From Camelus ferus (taxonomy: Eukaryota), in contig NC_045697.1 of assembly GCF_009834535.1 (NCBI RefSeq), positions 62,684,001 through 62,748,000 on the forward strand: 64,000 nt of DNA, written 5' to 3'. Below, piece after piece: positions 28,908 through 41,610 of the stretch; within the stretch, counting starts at the first letter, position 1; the number at the start of each line of letters is the position of its first letter. The position numbers were made by a program, and so were the translations under genes. A model generated the notes under the pieces. The model was not told the origin of the DNA. It was given only the letters and a program-made list of their open reading frames with translations, and did not search any database.

Positions 28908-29512
28908 AAAGTATAATAAGTAACTAATTCTCTCTCTCCTTAACCACTGAGGTAATTACCTTAAACTATCTATTTATCCTTATAATTTGAATCTGGAATT
29001 TTATATTAAATAACTCTACTCAACAAATTATATAATTCATTTATCTGTTATGAGAGAGGAATGATACTTATTGCAGCTGACTGATTCCAATGCAATTTTC
29101 ATAGGCAGACTATTTATGACAACATTTTTGATACTTTACTACTGTAAGGGTGGCTGATGGGGACAATGGCTGTAAATATTGCCCACACCAAAATTATCAT
29201 GGTCTCCCTGCTTAGTGGCTTTTCCATAGTACTCTGGGGAACATTAGTTTAATTCAACCCTAATAACTATTTAAAAAAGGTCAAATAAGTTTGCGAAATC
29301 CTGGGTTAAATAAAATAATGCAAATGTATTAAATGGAGAAGAACTCAGATTCCTTAATATGCTAAAAGGAAGACATGATTTGCAAAGTTTTCCAGCATTA
29401 TAAAACCAGGGAAACTTTAGCTGGTGGGCTACTGTTTTTCAGAAAACAATTTGCAAAATAATTCTTATTGTACAAACTTCAGTCACCTGTGCCAGGACAT
29501 GCATGCATACGT

Positions 29513-29513
<1 letters not shown>

Positions 29514-29553
<40 letters not shown>
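29514..29553. repeat. (CA)20 microsatellite in SNCA intron 3
   Basis: Read directly from the sequence. Confidence 0.97.
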
Positions 29554-29554
<1 letters not shown>

Positions 29555-31154
29555 CACTCTCAGCCCCCTAAACCCATGTTTGCATTCCGTCATTCTGAAG
29601 AAGACTCAAAAAAATTCTAACTTTGTCAGCAGTTATCCTTGCAGCCCATCTCCACGGCCTCTATTAGATGACAGTATTGGTTATGTTCTTTAATTTTTGC
29701 CACAGGCTCTGAAACTTGCAACATGCTTATCTGCTTTCTCACCACATGGATTCTCCTTCGACTACTAAAATGGAAAATCATTAATATAGGGAGGCCCTCT
29801 TCAAACAGCATAGTCTACAACTGTCTGATAGCCAGTTCTTATAGAAATCAGGCTTTATAACATCACATGTACAAAAGGCCCCTAGAAGGCAGTTTATATA
29901 CATCTAGGATTGCAACAGAGTGAATGTAAACTGCACATTTTAATTTAGCTTCTAGCTAGAATCTGTTTCAACAGTTCTGTTTTAATTTTATATCCTAGCT
30001 TTTTAAATAAAAATATGCATAAAATAGTCATATAAAGGCTTTTCTCTACTAGCTGTAAAAATGTTCTCAAGATAGATTCACTGTAAAGTAATAGCAACTA
30101 TTTGCCTTCAGTATTCTAGGTACTTTATATATATATTAATCCACTTAATTCTTTTACAGAAGAGGAAACTAAATCACATAGAGGTTATGAAGCTTGAAGA
30201 AAATTCACACAGCTAGTAAGGGATATGCAAGAATTCGAACTAGAGAAGTCTGTCTCCAGTGTTTATGGTCTTTACCACAATATTGTATTAATATTCCTGT
30301 TTGGATTTTCCCAATTTCTATTTTATAATTCAGCAATGTAGGAGCATGTTACTTTCAGGAAGCACTATTATGTTTACTGTCTTCTGATCATAGGAATTAC
30401 ATTTTTTTATTATCTCTTATTTCACCAAACCTGTCAGGAAGCTTGGAGTACATGCAACAAGAAACTCAGTTACAGCAAGTCTGTGGGCTTTTAAGGTTGT
30501 TAAATTTTGATTCTCCCTAGATTTTTCTATTTCTATCACTATCCTCCTCCTCTTCTTCATCATCACCACCATAATTTTCATCATTCTTGCTATTCATTTA
30601 TTGTAATCTTCTTCTAAATCTATTCAAATTCTTGGTGAAATTAGGCCAAATAGAGATAAATACAATAATAATTTACTGATCATCCTAAGGGTGTTTCCTG
30701 AAATGTCTTCTGAATCATCAAGGAAATATTATAATTAGTATAGTTTAATGTCAGAATATTTCACTGTACTCTACAGAAAATTTTGCTTTCATCCTTTGGA
30801 TTGTAATCCTTATATGATATCTATGCTGTCAGTTTGCCAGAACATTAAGTTGGTCCGAAGACTAAAAGGCTACTATAAATTAAACTACTACAATGAAAAT
30901 TAAACAATAAAACTGGTCAATTCAGTCTTCCTTCTTGACAGTTACATACATTGTGCTTTATTTATTTATAATAAATATCCATTTAAAACTATTTAATAAT
31001 GAATCAAGATTAAACGAAGCTGCTGTTCTCTTAGAATGCTCCTCTATGGGCAGTGTGGTTGTCAACAATTACATTCTGAATAAGCAGTGCTGGGCTACAC
31101 TGCTTGCTAGATATTTTCAATATCATCCCTGGATATAAGTTCCACAAAGCTTAC

Positions 31155-31196
31155 CTGTTGTCACACCGTGAACCACACCTTCCTTGGTTTTGGAGC
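31155..31196 (-). CDS. SNCA: Alpha-synuclein exon 3 (42 nt, residues 41-55: GSKTKEGVVHGVTTV)
   Basis: tttttatag|GCTCCAAAACCAAGGAAGGTGTGGTTCACGGTGTGACAACAG|gtaagc. Canonical AG/GT ends; length and phase match exon 2 and exon 4. Confidence 0.99.
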
Positions 31197-32359
31197 CTAT
31201 AAAAACAAACAAATTCAAAATATAAGTCTCAAACTGGCCACGCAGGCTGCTGGTGAGCTGCTTTTAAATATGTCTAAGGCAAAAACAAAATCTCAGTCTT
31301 CAGAACCCCTTATATTAAGGTATCCTAAGGGGGCACAAAACCTAAAACAAAGAAATCCAGTAATTGCTACAACACACAGAAAAAAGCAAAACTAACACGA
31401 TGCTCTCCAATTATAATTTTCAGCCACAAAAATGACTTTTCAACTCCTTGTGTCCCACCACATACCAATTTACAGAAGGGAGAAAAAGGTGAGATAACAC
31501 TGGGACTATCTGGGAAGGTGATTTTTGGATTCAGAACTGCAGAAGCTTTACTAAAGTACAGTACAAAAGAGAATAGTTAACTCGTGAAACACAAATAGAA
31601 GGGGGAGGGAGAGAAGGGGTGAACAGTAACAACAAATTCCTATTATGTAAAAGGTATTTCGTATCTCATCTCATTTAATCTTTGTAATAACCATTTTATA
31701 TTATGCCCATTTTATTAGATATGAAGAAATTACAAGTTAAATTACATGATTTGCCTAAAGTCACACAAGTAATAACTGACTACAAGCACATTCAAATTAA
31801 GGGCTCTGTGACCCTAAGCCTATATTCTTTCCACTAAGCCAGGAAAACCTTTAGAAGGATAGTGTTTTACCATTCAAGTGTGACTAATGCTAGCTTCAAG
31901 AAGGGGCAAGATATACATAAATAATTTATTAACATGTGTCATTAAAACTAAGTTTGTGAACAGTTTTACTCATAAACTCTCTAGTGTTGGATTTTTCAGT
32001 GTAATTCATAGCAGTTGTTTAATAAACTATTTTTGGAAAAAATGACAACAAATTGAAGATTTACTTGAAAACTACCCTATAAGTCAAATAAAGTTGTTCT
32101 ATTAGACAGAGAAGAATATGAGGAAATTAGGATTTAAAAATTGGGAAATGATTTAAACCTCTATTTGGATATTAAGATAGTTACCCATCTTCAGTTTAAA
32201 AATGCACTGATTTATAAAGCCTTATAAGCTTTATAAGTATAGTATACTAGTGAAATAACTGTAAACACATTTTACAATCAAGGAAAAAAGTGTAAGAGAG
32301 CCTCAGTTGCCATATCAATAAAATGAATACATAGGATTAATTAAATAATCACTAAGAAG

Positions 32360-32556
32360 CTGGTTCTTAAACTGGAGAGTACAGCGGAATCAGCTGGGTG
32401 GCAGCGGAATCAATTGGGTGGCAGTAAGGTTAAAAAATGTTGACTACTGAGTTAAAGTTTCAATACTCAGTAAATAACAGGTACAGATATTTGCATATTT
32501 AATAACCCTCATGATCTAATGCAGGTAATTCATGGATCAAATTTGAGAAATATTGG
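32360..32556. mobile_element. MER5A-like hAT-Charlie element containing a 20-bp internal tandem duplication
   Basis: Ends tggttcttaaact ... atttgagaaatattg, with internal atttgcatatttaataa. Confidence 0.55.
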
Positions 32557-33959
32557 TCTGAGGCAGTTTCTAGTTCCAAATTTATTTAGAAGTACATACC
32601 TATGATTTAAATAATATGATGATCTATAAGATGATTTAAGTAAATATGTAAGATCATATTGTAAATGTTCTTTGAATTTTTTATAAAAATATATAAATAT
32701 GGCATTAAGTAAAATTTGCATGCATTATTCTTAAACTTACACTTCACAAAACAGTCAAGAAAAGTTTCTACATTTGATAAAGCAATTTAAATATATCTAA
32801 GAATTTCCAACTTGAATACATTTAAGGACTTCTAATAAATATATAACATAAAACAAACTACAGCTTTGTAGTGAGGAAAGGCAGCTCTGTATTCTGATTT
32901 TTCTGGCTTTAAATCTTCACTTCACTGCATAATAAATACACGTCATACAATCAGCATGAAGATCAAAGGAAATAATACATGTACAGTCCTTAAAACAGTA
33001 TTTAGTACATAGTAAATACTTAGTGATACCTGCTATTCTTCTTCTTATATAATATTTGTAAAGTGATTTTCAGTTTAAAACAAGGGACAAATCACCATGT
33101 CACAAATTCATATAAATGAAGTTGTGCAGTTGTTAAACATAGTAAAGGATACAGGATGGTATTTTACATGTATGCAATATGATGTGAGTGTGTGTGTGTG
33201 TGTGTGTTTCAGGCAATGATCACTTTGCATAGTATTGTGGATCAGAAAATGACTGCATACAAGCTGAGATGAAGCTACAGAAAGTGATCTTAATAATCAA
33301 TGAGGAAAATTCTGATTAATCAGCAATAAAAATCACTGTTGTTCCATGGCCTTTAAAATTTTTTGTCAAAAACATTAAAACTTCTCCTAGTTATTTATAA
33401 ATTATAGGGAAATTAAAAGCTAATATAACTAATATTTATTTTGTATACTGTAATTTAAAATACTGAGAATTAAAGTGTTTCTTTCTAAAAAAAAACTTAT
33501 TGAGTAGTCTAAACAGTGTTTGTCTTCTCATTGTTTAACTTTCGATATCGTGCTGAACATCTTTTCTAGGTCTTAAAAATTTGTCATACTCTTTTGTAAA
33601 TTTGGGTCAGTTTCCAAAATCTTAGCTTTTGTACTTTTAATGTCACAATATATCTCTGGTAGTTCCTTCAATGTGAAGTGTTTATGTGGACCACTTCCTC
33701 TGGGACATCTTCTCCCTATTAATCACAACCATACTCTCCATTTCTATTGATACCTGCACCTTCAGTAAGTTCCTCTGGCTGCACTTCTACAGTCTCTTTA
33801 ATGGGAGCAGTGTCGACATTCCTACAGTCAGCTACTTTTCCTATAAATAAGTTTAAGTTTGCCTCAAATTTTACTTGTAGGATTTTTCACTTTATTTGCT
33901 GGACATTCATTTTGGGGTGCCAATTTCCTCTTTCAATTATGCATTTTAATAAAATATCA

Positions 33960-34290
33960 TGTGTGTTTATAACTGGGAGAAAAGGCGGCAATACAACTCT
34001 GGGCTTTGCTGTCTGTCTGAACTGAATAACAGATGTGCAGTGTCTGATCACCAACAACTTTTGAAAGGAGTGATGTAATTTGATCGTGGATCATAATGAG
34101 CTTCTGGTATTTATGTAGTGATTTGTGGGCTGAGGAGCTAGGAGCAAAGTTTGTACTTTATATAATCACTCAGTTTATAAACTGTGGTAATAGAAATTGA
34201 AATGTTGTTAGGGACTGGTGTTATTTAACTAACTGTGGTAACTGAAATTCATGCATACTGGATTATGCAAAGTGAGAGAAGCCTCTATTT
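33960..34290. mobile_element. Tigger-family (Tigger13a-like) DNA transposon fragment
   Basis: gggactggtgttatttaactaactgtggtaactgaaattcatgcatactggattatgcaaagtgag resembles the Tigger13a terminus as I recall it. Confidence 0.5.
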
Positions 34291-35426
34291 AAGAGAGTAT
34301 TTCTTATTACTGCCCACCTGCCATTCCCTGCATCCCTTATTTTTAAAAATGACTAGTAGAAAGGAATGTTTAACAGTGGCCTGTGGTCTTTCCTCTCTGC
34401 CTCAGTTATCCTGATAATTTGATCTTTGACTAAATCATGGAATGTATCCTGAATCAAAGATACATCAAAGTCTTGATGAGGTTGCTTTGTATCAAACCCA
34501 TCACCTTATTTTGGCTGTCAAAATTGTTCATGAGTACATGTTATTCATGATTAACCTTTAATTGATGAGCAATCTGTAGTTGAAAAGATATGCCACAAAA
34601 TAGGGGCCAAGAGGCTGTGTGACTAGCAGGATACATGTGTGTGTATATATATATATAGCTGAAGGGACACTAAATCTGATGGCTTTCCTGAGCAGAGGTG
34701 GCCCACACCCATCCCAACTTGTCTCTCATGACTTTACAAGGCTGCAGAATGAAGAAGGTCAGAAATGCCTGGGAGTTGCAATAACTCAGTTATACTGCTG
34801 TGCATGTTATGTTGACTTCTCAATATGGTACAGGTGAAGTATATTGTGATTTAGGAATATAATTTCAATCCACAATCTTGACCACTGGTGCCTATTGATT
34901 AAAGTGGCTTTAGAAGAGTTTTAAAGATCATTTTATTGCCTTTACTGTTATATTACTTGGCATTCTATAAAGAGAATTAACCTTTTTCCACTTTTGAATT
35001 TGACTCTCAATTTATAATTTCTAAATCATTTGATTGAAAAAAAAATTTTGTCCATTAAATTGAAGTATTTTGATTAAAATTTTGTGTACAAAGATATCAC
35101 AAAAGGAAAAAAAACATAAAATAGCACTGGTTCTTACAGTAGTTCTTCAAATAATTAAGAGATAGTTATCAAAAGTATAATAATATAAAGGAATGAGATT
35201 ATTTCTCATGAGGCTTATGAAAATAATGTGCCAAATTTCTTCAGCCATAAGTGAAACTAAAAATTTTTCTTTAGTCATTTCTAATCTTTCAAGCTCGCTA
35301 TTGATAACAGTTCTTGCAACGAAGGGTGAAATGATAAAAAGAAAATACATTGACAAAATAATTATTCTGTTGGAGTGTCTATTTGACAATAATAAAGGTG
35401 TCTCCTATGTATAAAAGTGTACTTTA

Positions 35427-37904
35427 CAAAAATTCTCAACAAAATATTAAGAAATCAAATCTAACAATATATAAAAAGAATTATACACCACAATCAAGTG
35501 GGGTTTATCATACTTATGCAAGGCTGGTCAACATTTGAAAATCAATTAAGTAATTCATCACATCAACAGGCTCAAAAAGACAAATCACATGATCATATTA
35601 ATAGATGCAGAAAGAGCATTTGACAAAATCCAACATCTATTTGTGATAAAAATTCCCAGTGAACTAGAAATAGAGGGGAACTTCCTCAACTTGATAAAAA
35701 AAATCTATAGCTAACATCATATTTCATAGCAAGACAGTAGAAGCTTTCCTACTAACACCAGGAACAAGGCAAGAATATCCCCTCTCACTCCTTTCAGCAT
35801 CATACTGGAAGCCCTAGCTGATGCAATAAGGCAAGGAAATAAAATGTATCAAATTGAGAAAAAAAAAAAAAAACTGTCAAGAATCTACAAAGACTCTCCT
35901 GGAACTAATAAGTTATTATCACAAGGTTACAGGATACAAGGTTAAAAAGTCAATCACCTTCTTATATACCAGCAATGAACAAGTGGAACTTGAAACTGAA
36001 AACACAATATCATTTACATTAGCACCAAAAAAAAAAAAAACTGAGTATAAACTTAACATAATATATACAAGACCTATATGAGGAAAACTACAAAACTGAT
36101 GAACAAAACCAAAGAAATATATTAATGGAGAGATACTCCATGTTCATGGATAGAAGACTCAACAGTATCAAGATGTCAGCTCTTCCCAATGTGATTTATA
36201 GTTCAATGTAATCTCAATCAAAATCTCCAAAGGTTGTTTTGTGGATATTGACAAACTGATTCTAATGTTTATGTGGAGGGGCAAAAGGCCCAAAATAGCC
36301 AACACAGTATGAAGAAGAAAGTTAGAGGACTGACACTCTCAAACTTCAAGACTTACTACGAAGCTACAATAATCAAGACAGTACGATATTGGTGAAAGGA
36401 TAAACAAGTAGATCAAGGAAGCCCAGTAATACACCCACATAAATATAATCAACTTCTTTTTGACAAAGGAAAAAAGGCAATAAAATGAAGCAAAGATAGT
36501 CTTATAAACAAATGGTTTGGAACAACTTGATATCTACATGCAAAAAATAACTTTATACACCAACTTTCACCCTTCACAAGTAAATAACCCAACATGAATC
36601 ATAGCCCTAAATGAAAAGTACAAAACTATAAAACTCCTAGGAGATCACATAAGAGAAAATCTACACAATCTTGGGTATGGCAATAACTTTTTAGCTGTTA
36701 CACCAAAGACATGCTTTATGAAATAAATGATTAATAAGCCAGAATTCATTTAAATTAAAAAGTCCTGTGAAAGACAATGTCAAGAGAATGAGAAAACAAT
36801 CTACACACAAGAAATATTTACAAAAGATACATCTGAAAACGAATTATTATCCAAGATAGACAAAGAATTCTTAAAATCAACAATAAGAAAACAAATAACC
36901 TGCTTACAAAATGGGCCAAAGACCTTAACAGACGCCTCACCAAAGATGATGTACAGACAGCAGATAAGCATCTGAAAAGATACTCCACATTCTATATCAT
37001 CAAGGAAATGCAAATTAAAATAACAATGAAATGCCACTAGACACCTATTAGAAAGGCCAAAATTCAGAACATGTGGTCAAGGATGCAGAGCAAGGAGAAC
37101 TCTCATTGATTGCTGGGAGAAACGCAAAATGGTGCAGCAACTTTAGAAGACAGTTTGATGGCTTCTTAAAAGAAGTAAATGTATTTTTACCATTTGACCC
37201 AGCAATTGTGCTCCTTGATATTTACCCAAAGGAGCTGAAAACTTATGTCCACAAAAAAATCTGTACACAGATGTTTATAGCAGCTTTATTCATCACTGCC
37301 AACACTGAGAAGCAACCAAGATATCCTTCAGGAGGTGAATGGATAAACAAACTGTTACATCGAGACAATGGAATATTATTTGGCACTAAAAAGAAATCAG
37401 CTGACAGTAGAATATTACTTGCAATAAAAATATGAGCCATTAAAATATATGGAAGAACCTTAAATGCATATTATTAAGTGAAAGAAGTCAGTCTGAACAG
37501 GCTACATACTATATAATTCCAATGATATGACATTTTGGAAAAACACAAAACTATGGAGAGAAAAATGATCAGTGGTTGCCAGGGGCTGGGGGAAGGCCAT
37601 GAATAAGCAGAGCACAGAGGATTTTTAGGACAGTGAAAATACTCTATATGATACTATAATGATGACTACATGGCATTATACATTTGTCCAAACCCACAGA
37701 ATGTACTACACCAAGAGCGAACCCTGGACTGTGGGTGACTATGATGTGTCAGTGCAGGTTCAACAGTTGTAACAAATGCACCACTCTGGTGAAGGATGTT
37801 GGTGATGGGAGAGGCTATGCATGTGTGGGGCCAGGGGTACATGGGAACTTCTGTACTTCTTAGTTTCTCTGTTAACTCAAAACGTTATTAAAAAATAAAG
37901 TGTT
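35427..37904 (+). mobile_element. Old 5'-truncated L1 (L1MC1-like): decayed ORF2 3' half plus 3' UTR, in SNCA intron 2
   Basis: Decayed RT motifs (atagatgcagaaagagcatttgacaaaatccaac) and an L1MC-type 3' UTR (gcagagcacagaggatttttagg, catttgtccaaacccacagaatgtac). Possible degenerate TSD aaagtgtacttta / aaagtatgtttta. Confidence 0.9.
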
Positions 37905-37959
37905 AAAGTATGTTTTATTACTCATGTGTTCTGCTTTATTATGACATTCTCACAAAAAC

Positions 37960-38118
37960 TCAGCAAGGTACTTGGATTTATCCAAATCATATTTTTACAA
38001 ATGAGGAAAGTGATGTTTACATGTGTTAAGTAACTCCCCCAGTATCCTAGAGGCAGTAAGTGATACAGCCTGGACTGGGATTTAGGTTGGTCTGACATCA
38101 AGTCTGTTTTTCCTACTT
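37960..38118 (-). mobile_element. MIR SINE
   Basis: tttttacaaatgaggaaagtga...gttaagtaactccccc...agtaagtgatacagcctggactggg. Confidence 0.7.
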
Positions 38119-38121
38119 TAT

Positions 38122-38327
38122 CAGGAGTCAGCAAACTATAGCCTAAGGGCCAAATAAACTCCCCCACCTGTTTTGGTAAGTTAAATTTTATTGGAACAAA
38201 GCCACCCTAATTATTGTCTCTGGCTGCTTTCACACTGCAAGAGCAGAATTGAACAATTAAAACAGAGATATCACAGCCTAAAATATTTACTATCTATCCC
38301 TTTTCAGGAAAAGCTTACCAACCCCTA
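38122..38327 (+). mobile_element. MER58A-like hAT-Charlie element
   Basis: Ends caggagtcagcaaact ... aagcttaccaaccccta, with internal tggctgctttcacactgcaa and cctaaaatatttactatct. Confidence 0.8.
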
Positions 38328-39929
38328 AACTACATGACCGTGTCTTCACATGGTCACCTTTCATCCTGAATTCTGTTATTTGTGTTCAACTTTTTACCAA
38401 CTTTCAAACATAACTGATACAAACTCATAGTTGACAATAAAAATAAAAGTATTTCCAGATGATAATTCTGTTTATTATCTGGAAAGGAACAATATGTTAA
38501 TTTAATATTCAGTCATTTCTGGACTCATTATAAACTAATAGAGTAAATATTATCATCCTTTAAAAAATCTTTAAAGTTACTAAGTTATAAAGTAATTGAA
38601 ATCGAAGAATAGTTCTGTGCATGCACTTGCACAACTTAGAAAACTGAGGACAAATATAAAGAAAGATGTTGATTATTTGCATGTCATTGATTCAATATTC
38701 CAAATTCCACCTAAAAAGATACAATTCACACTTTGCAAAAAACCTTGGAATTAACCCATCAATTTTTTCCTCTTATAAGATTTTTAATTAAATGGTTTTC
38801 TGAAAATATGTTTTAAGATACAGAATAATTCATCTAAAGATTTGTGGTAAGATCAAGCCAAGAGTCTATGAACAATAAAAATAAAAATTTCAAATGAGAA
38901 GCATTCAGGAAAAATCATTCCAAATCATCACTTTTCTCCAGCCATCTATGTTGGAGTGACAGCATAGCTTTTTCTCATCCCACAGAGTCGTATGCCACCC
39001 AGTATGCTCATCCTCCACTTTATTGCTCATCCTGTGGCTACTGTTGCCATAGCTGCTACCAGAGAATATGGAAGAGCTCAGAGAAAGAGTAGAGACAGAA
39101 AAGGTAGTGGGTGAGTGTATGCATATGTGTCTGCGTGTCCCTATGGATGAGCGTGTGTCTATATTTGTGCCTATTTCTTCCCCAAAGAATTTGAAGGAGT
39201 TTGTAAGATAACACCCCACCTAACACAGCTCAAGATAAGGAGAAGAAAGTCAGGGTCTGTGTGAATACTCCAACGTGGGAATTTATAAACAAGTAGAAAT
39301 GATAAGCATCAATTTCAATTTATTATGTGTGCTGTTTAATAAATTATCTATAAAGTGACTCGGAGATATTAGCAACCCTCAAGCACTTTCTGGAGCACTT
39401 TGTCCCCAGCTTACCAAGTGGTCACAAGGAGTAACTACACCAAAGACCTTTTGTCTTTTCCTTTTCAGAGCCATAGTAGGTCTCTTTTTACATATCTCAA
39501 GGCCGTATCAAAGTCTTATTTTAAAATTAGAATACGCCCAAATTAGCAAATATTCATCATGATGATAAAAGAAATCAAATTCCATGAGTGATTTTGATTC
39601 TTAACAAATTCTTGAGTATTTTTTTAAAAGACTAAGTTTCAAAAACTGTCCTCAGAACGATAGTTACTTCTGCATAGGCATATTCCTTTTAAAAAAGAAA
39701 GAGTCCTAAGTATTATTGCAAAATTAAGTAATCTGGCAAAAGAAAAGATTAGCCCCACTTTTTACTATTAGTTCAAACATATACATTCACCTACCCACAC
39801 ATACCTCTGATTCAGTCCATCTTTTTGACAAGTGAAGATGCAAAACTGAGTGAGAAACACCAGCATTTAAAGCATCAATCATCCCAACCATCAGTCATAA
39901 ATAAAAATCAACACGACTCTTGGGGCTTA

Positions 39930-40070
<141 letters not shown>

Positions 40071-41166
40071 TTACACCACCCTGGAGAACATAAAACATAC
40101 TTTGATAACTTTTCCATAAAGCAAAACAAAATTATAACTACCCAAGGTTAAAAAATCACTGAAAGTGAGCAGAATCTCCCAAAGTGTGAAACTCTTAAAA
40201 GAGTACCTTCATTTCAACCACTGGATCAACTAGCATTTTGTTTTGTTTTGTTTAGATTTTGCGTTAAAATTTTAGCATCTCCCATCCATCTTGGCTGGTA
40301 AAAGTCTAGCCGCCTAAACATAGATTAGGATGAATCATCTGAGCTGTTCTTACTGCGTTTCCCAAGTGGAGTTGCATGAAAAGATGGACCCCTTTCAACT
40401 TCCCGGGGTCCAAAACGTGACTATAAGTTAGAAGTGCGTTTAGAAGACAGATCACAGGAAAAGAAAGGGAACTGGAGGCATGGGGTCAGGGACACTCTTA
40501 AATCCCAGAAGATGTTTAACAGGTTGACCATGGAGAGGGGAGGGAAGAGAACAACTCACTCTGGGTGTGGCTGAACCTCAGGCCAACTGCGTGCCCACTC
40601 GACCATTCACCCAGCCCTCGACCTCTACCCGGAGCAGGCAGGCAGGCAGGCAGGCTCAAGTTCACACTCGCGGGCAGTCTTCAGAAGCTCGCCGGTCACT
40701 CGAGGGGGCGTTCTCAGTACGCTGAGCCTCCACCACCCCGCGCCCTCACCTGTTAACCCCTTACCACCTGTTGACTTGTCCCCTCTGCGCTTCCATGATT
40801 TGCCAAACACAGCTTGTTTACAGAGAGAACAGAGAGGGCGGACTGGGGGATTTAAGTAAAGAGAGAAATAAAAGTTGAATACTCATATTCGATTGAGCAT
40901 CCTCGCGTTTCCAAAGAAAAGCGTATCAGAGATTCCTAATCTCTCAGTTTTTGAAGACGGGAAGACGGGAGTACTGGAAGCAGGTGGAAAGCCAGGTCAA
41001 TCTACTTTTATTAAGCTCACCAAAAGGATAAGTACCTTCGAAAAACTTGACTACAGTGGGTCCTCACTGCAGCACCAGCCCCCTCCCAGGTGTCCGCAAT
41101 GACTCCTCTCCCACCAGGTTTTCTCCAGGATTTCCAAATCTGCCGTTTAGATCCACAGGTCCTTAC

Positions 41167-41210
41167 CTGAATCCCTTGGCTCCTCGGAACTCTGATTCCT
41201 CCCCCACCCC
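41167..41210 (-). other. SNCA: 3' end of a further alternative SNCA first exon (donor GATTCAG|gtaagg at 41167); 5' extent unknown
   Basis: Near-consensus donor CAG|GTAAGG within the CpG island, resembling the human variant exon ending ...GGGACTCAG. Confidence 0.6.
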
Positions 41211-41389
41211 TACTTAAAAAAATTTTTTTAAAACAGTCCCCAAATATTATTTAAATGGGAAAAGGGAGGATAAAAAGCGCACAGGAAGGGTGGAGGCGGC
41301 ACTAAGAGAGGGATGGTCCCCAGAGGCGGCGGCTGTCTGCACAGCCCGGTGATGAGAGGCTGGGGGGCGTCGGAGGCGAACCAGCCAAC

Positions 41390-41610
41390 CTATAGTCGAA
41401 TTGCCACTCCCCGTCCCTCGCACGAGAGGATCCGAGGGAAAAAGACAGAAGGTCAGAAGGGAAGGCGGGGAGAGAGCGCCAAGGATGCTAAAGGCAAGGC
41501 TCGGTCCCAGGGTCTGTTCTAAAGCCAGCACACACCTCACCCCGCGTCTCTGCGCTGGGTCGCTCGCCCCCTCTCTCGGGTCCTCCTCCTCTTCCTCCTT
41601 CTCCTCGGCT
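41390..41610 (-). other. SNCA: SNCA non-coding exon 1 region with alternative donors at 41536 (GAG|gtgtgt) and 41390 (TAG|gttggc); TSS approximate
   Basis: The minus strand contains GAGAGAGGGGGCGAGCGACCCAGCGC...GTGAG|gt and GGAGTGGCAATTCGACTATAG|gt. These resemble human SNCA 5' UTR exon ends (GGAGTGGCCATTCGACGACAG) as I recall them. Confidence 0.75.

Noticed and set aside
40634..40653. (CCTG)5 on the transcribed strand in intron 1
   Set aside because: It is too short to suggest a repeat-expansion or MBNL-sequestration effect.
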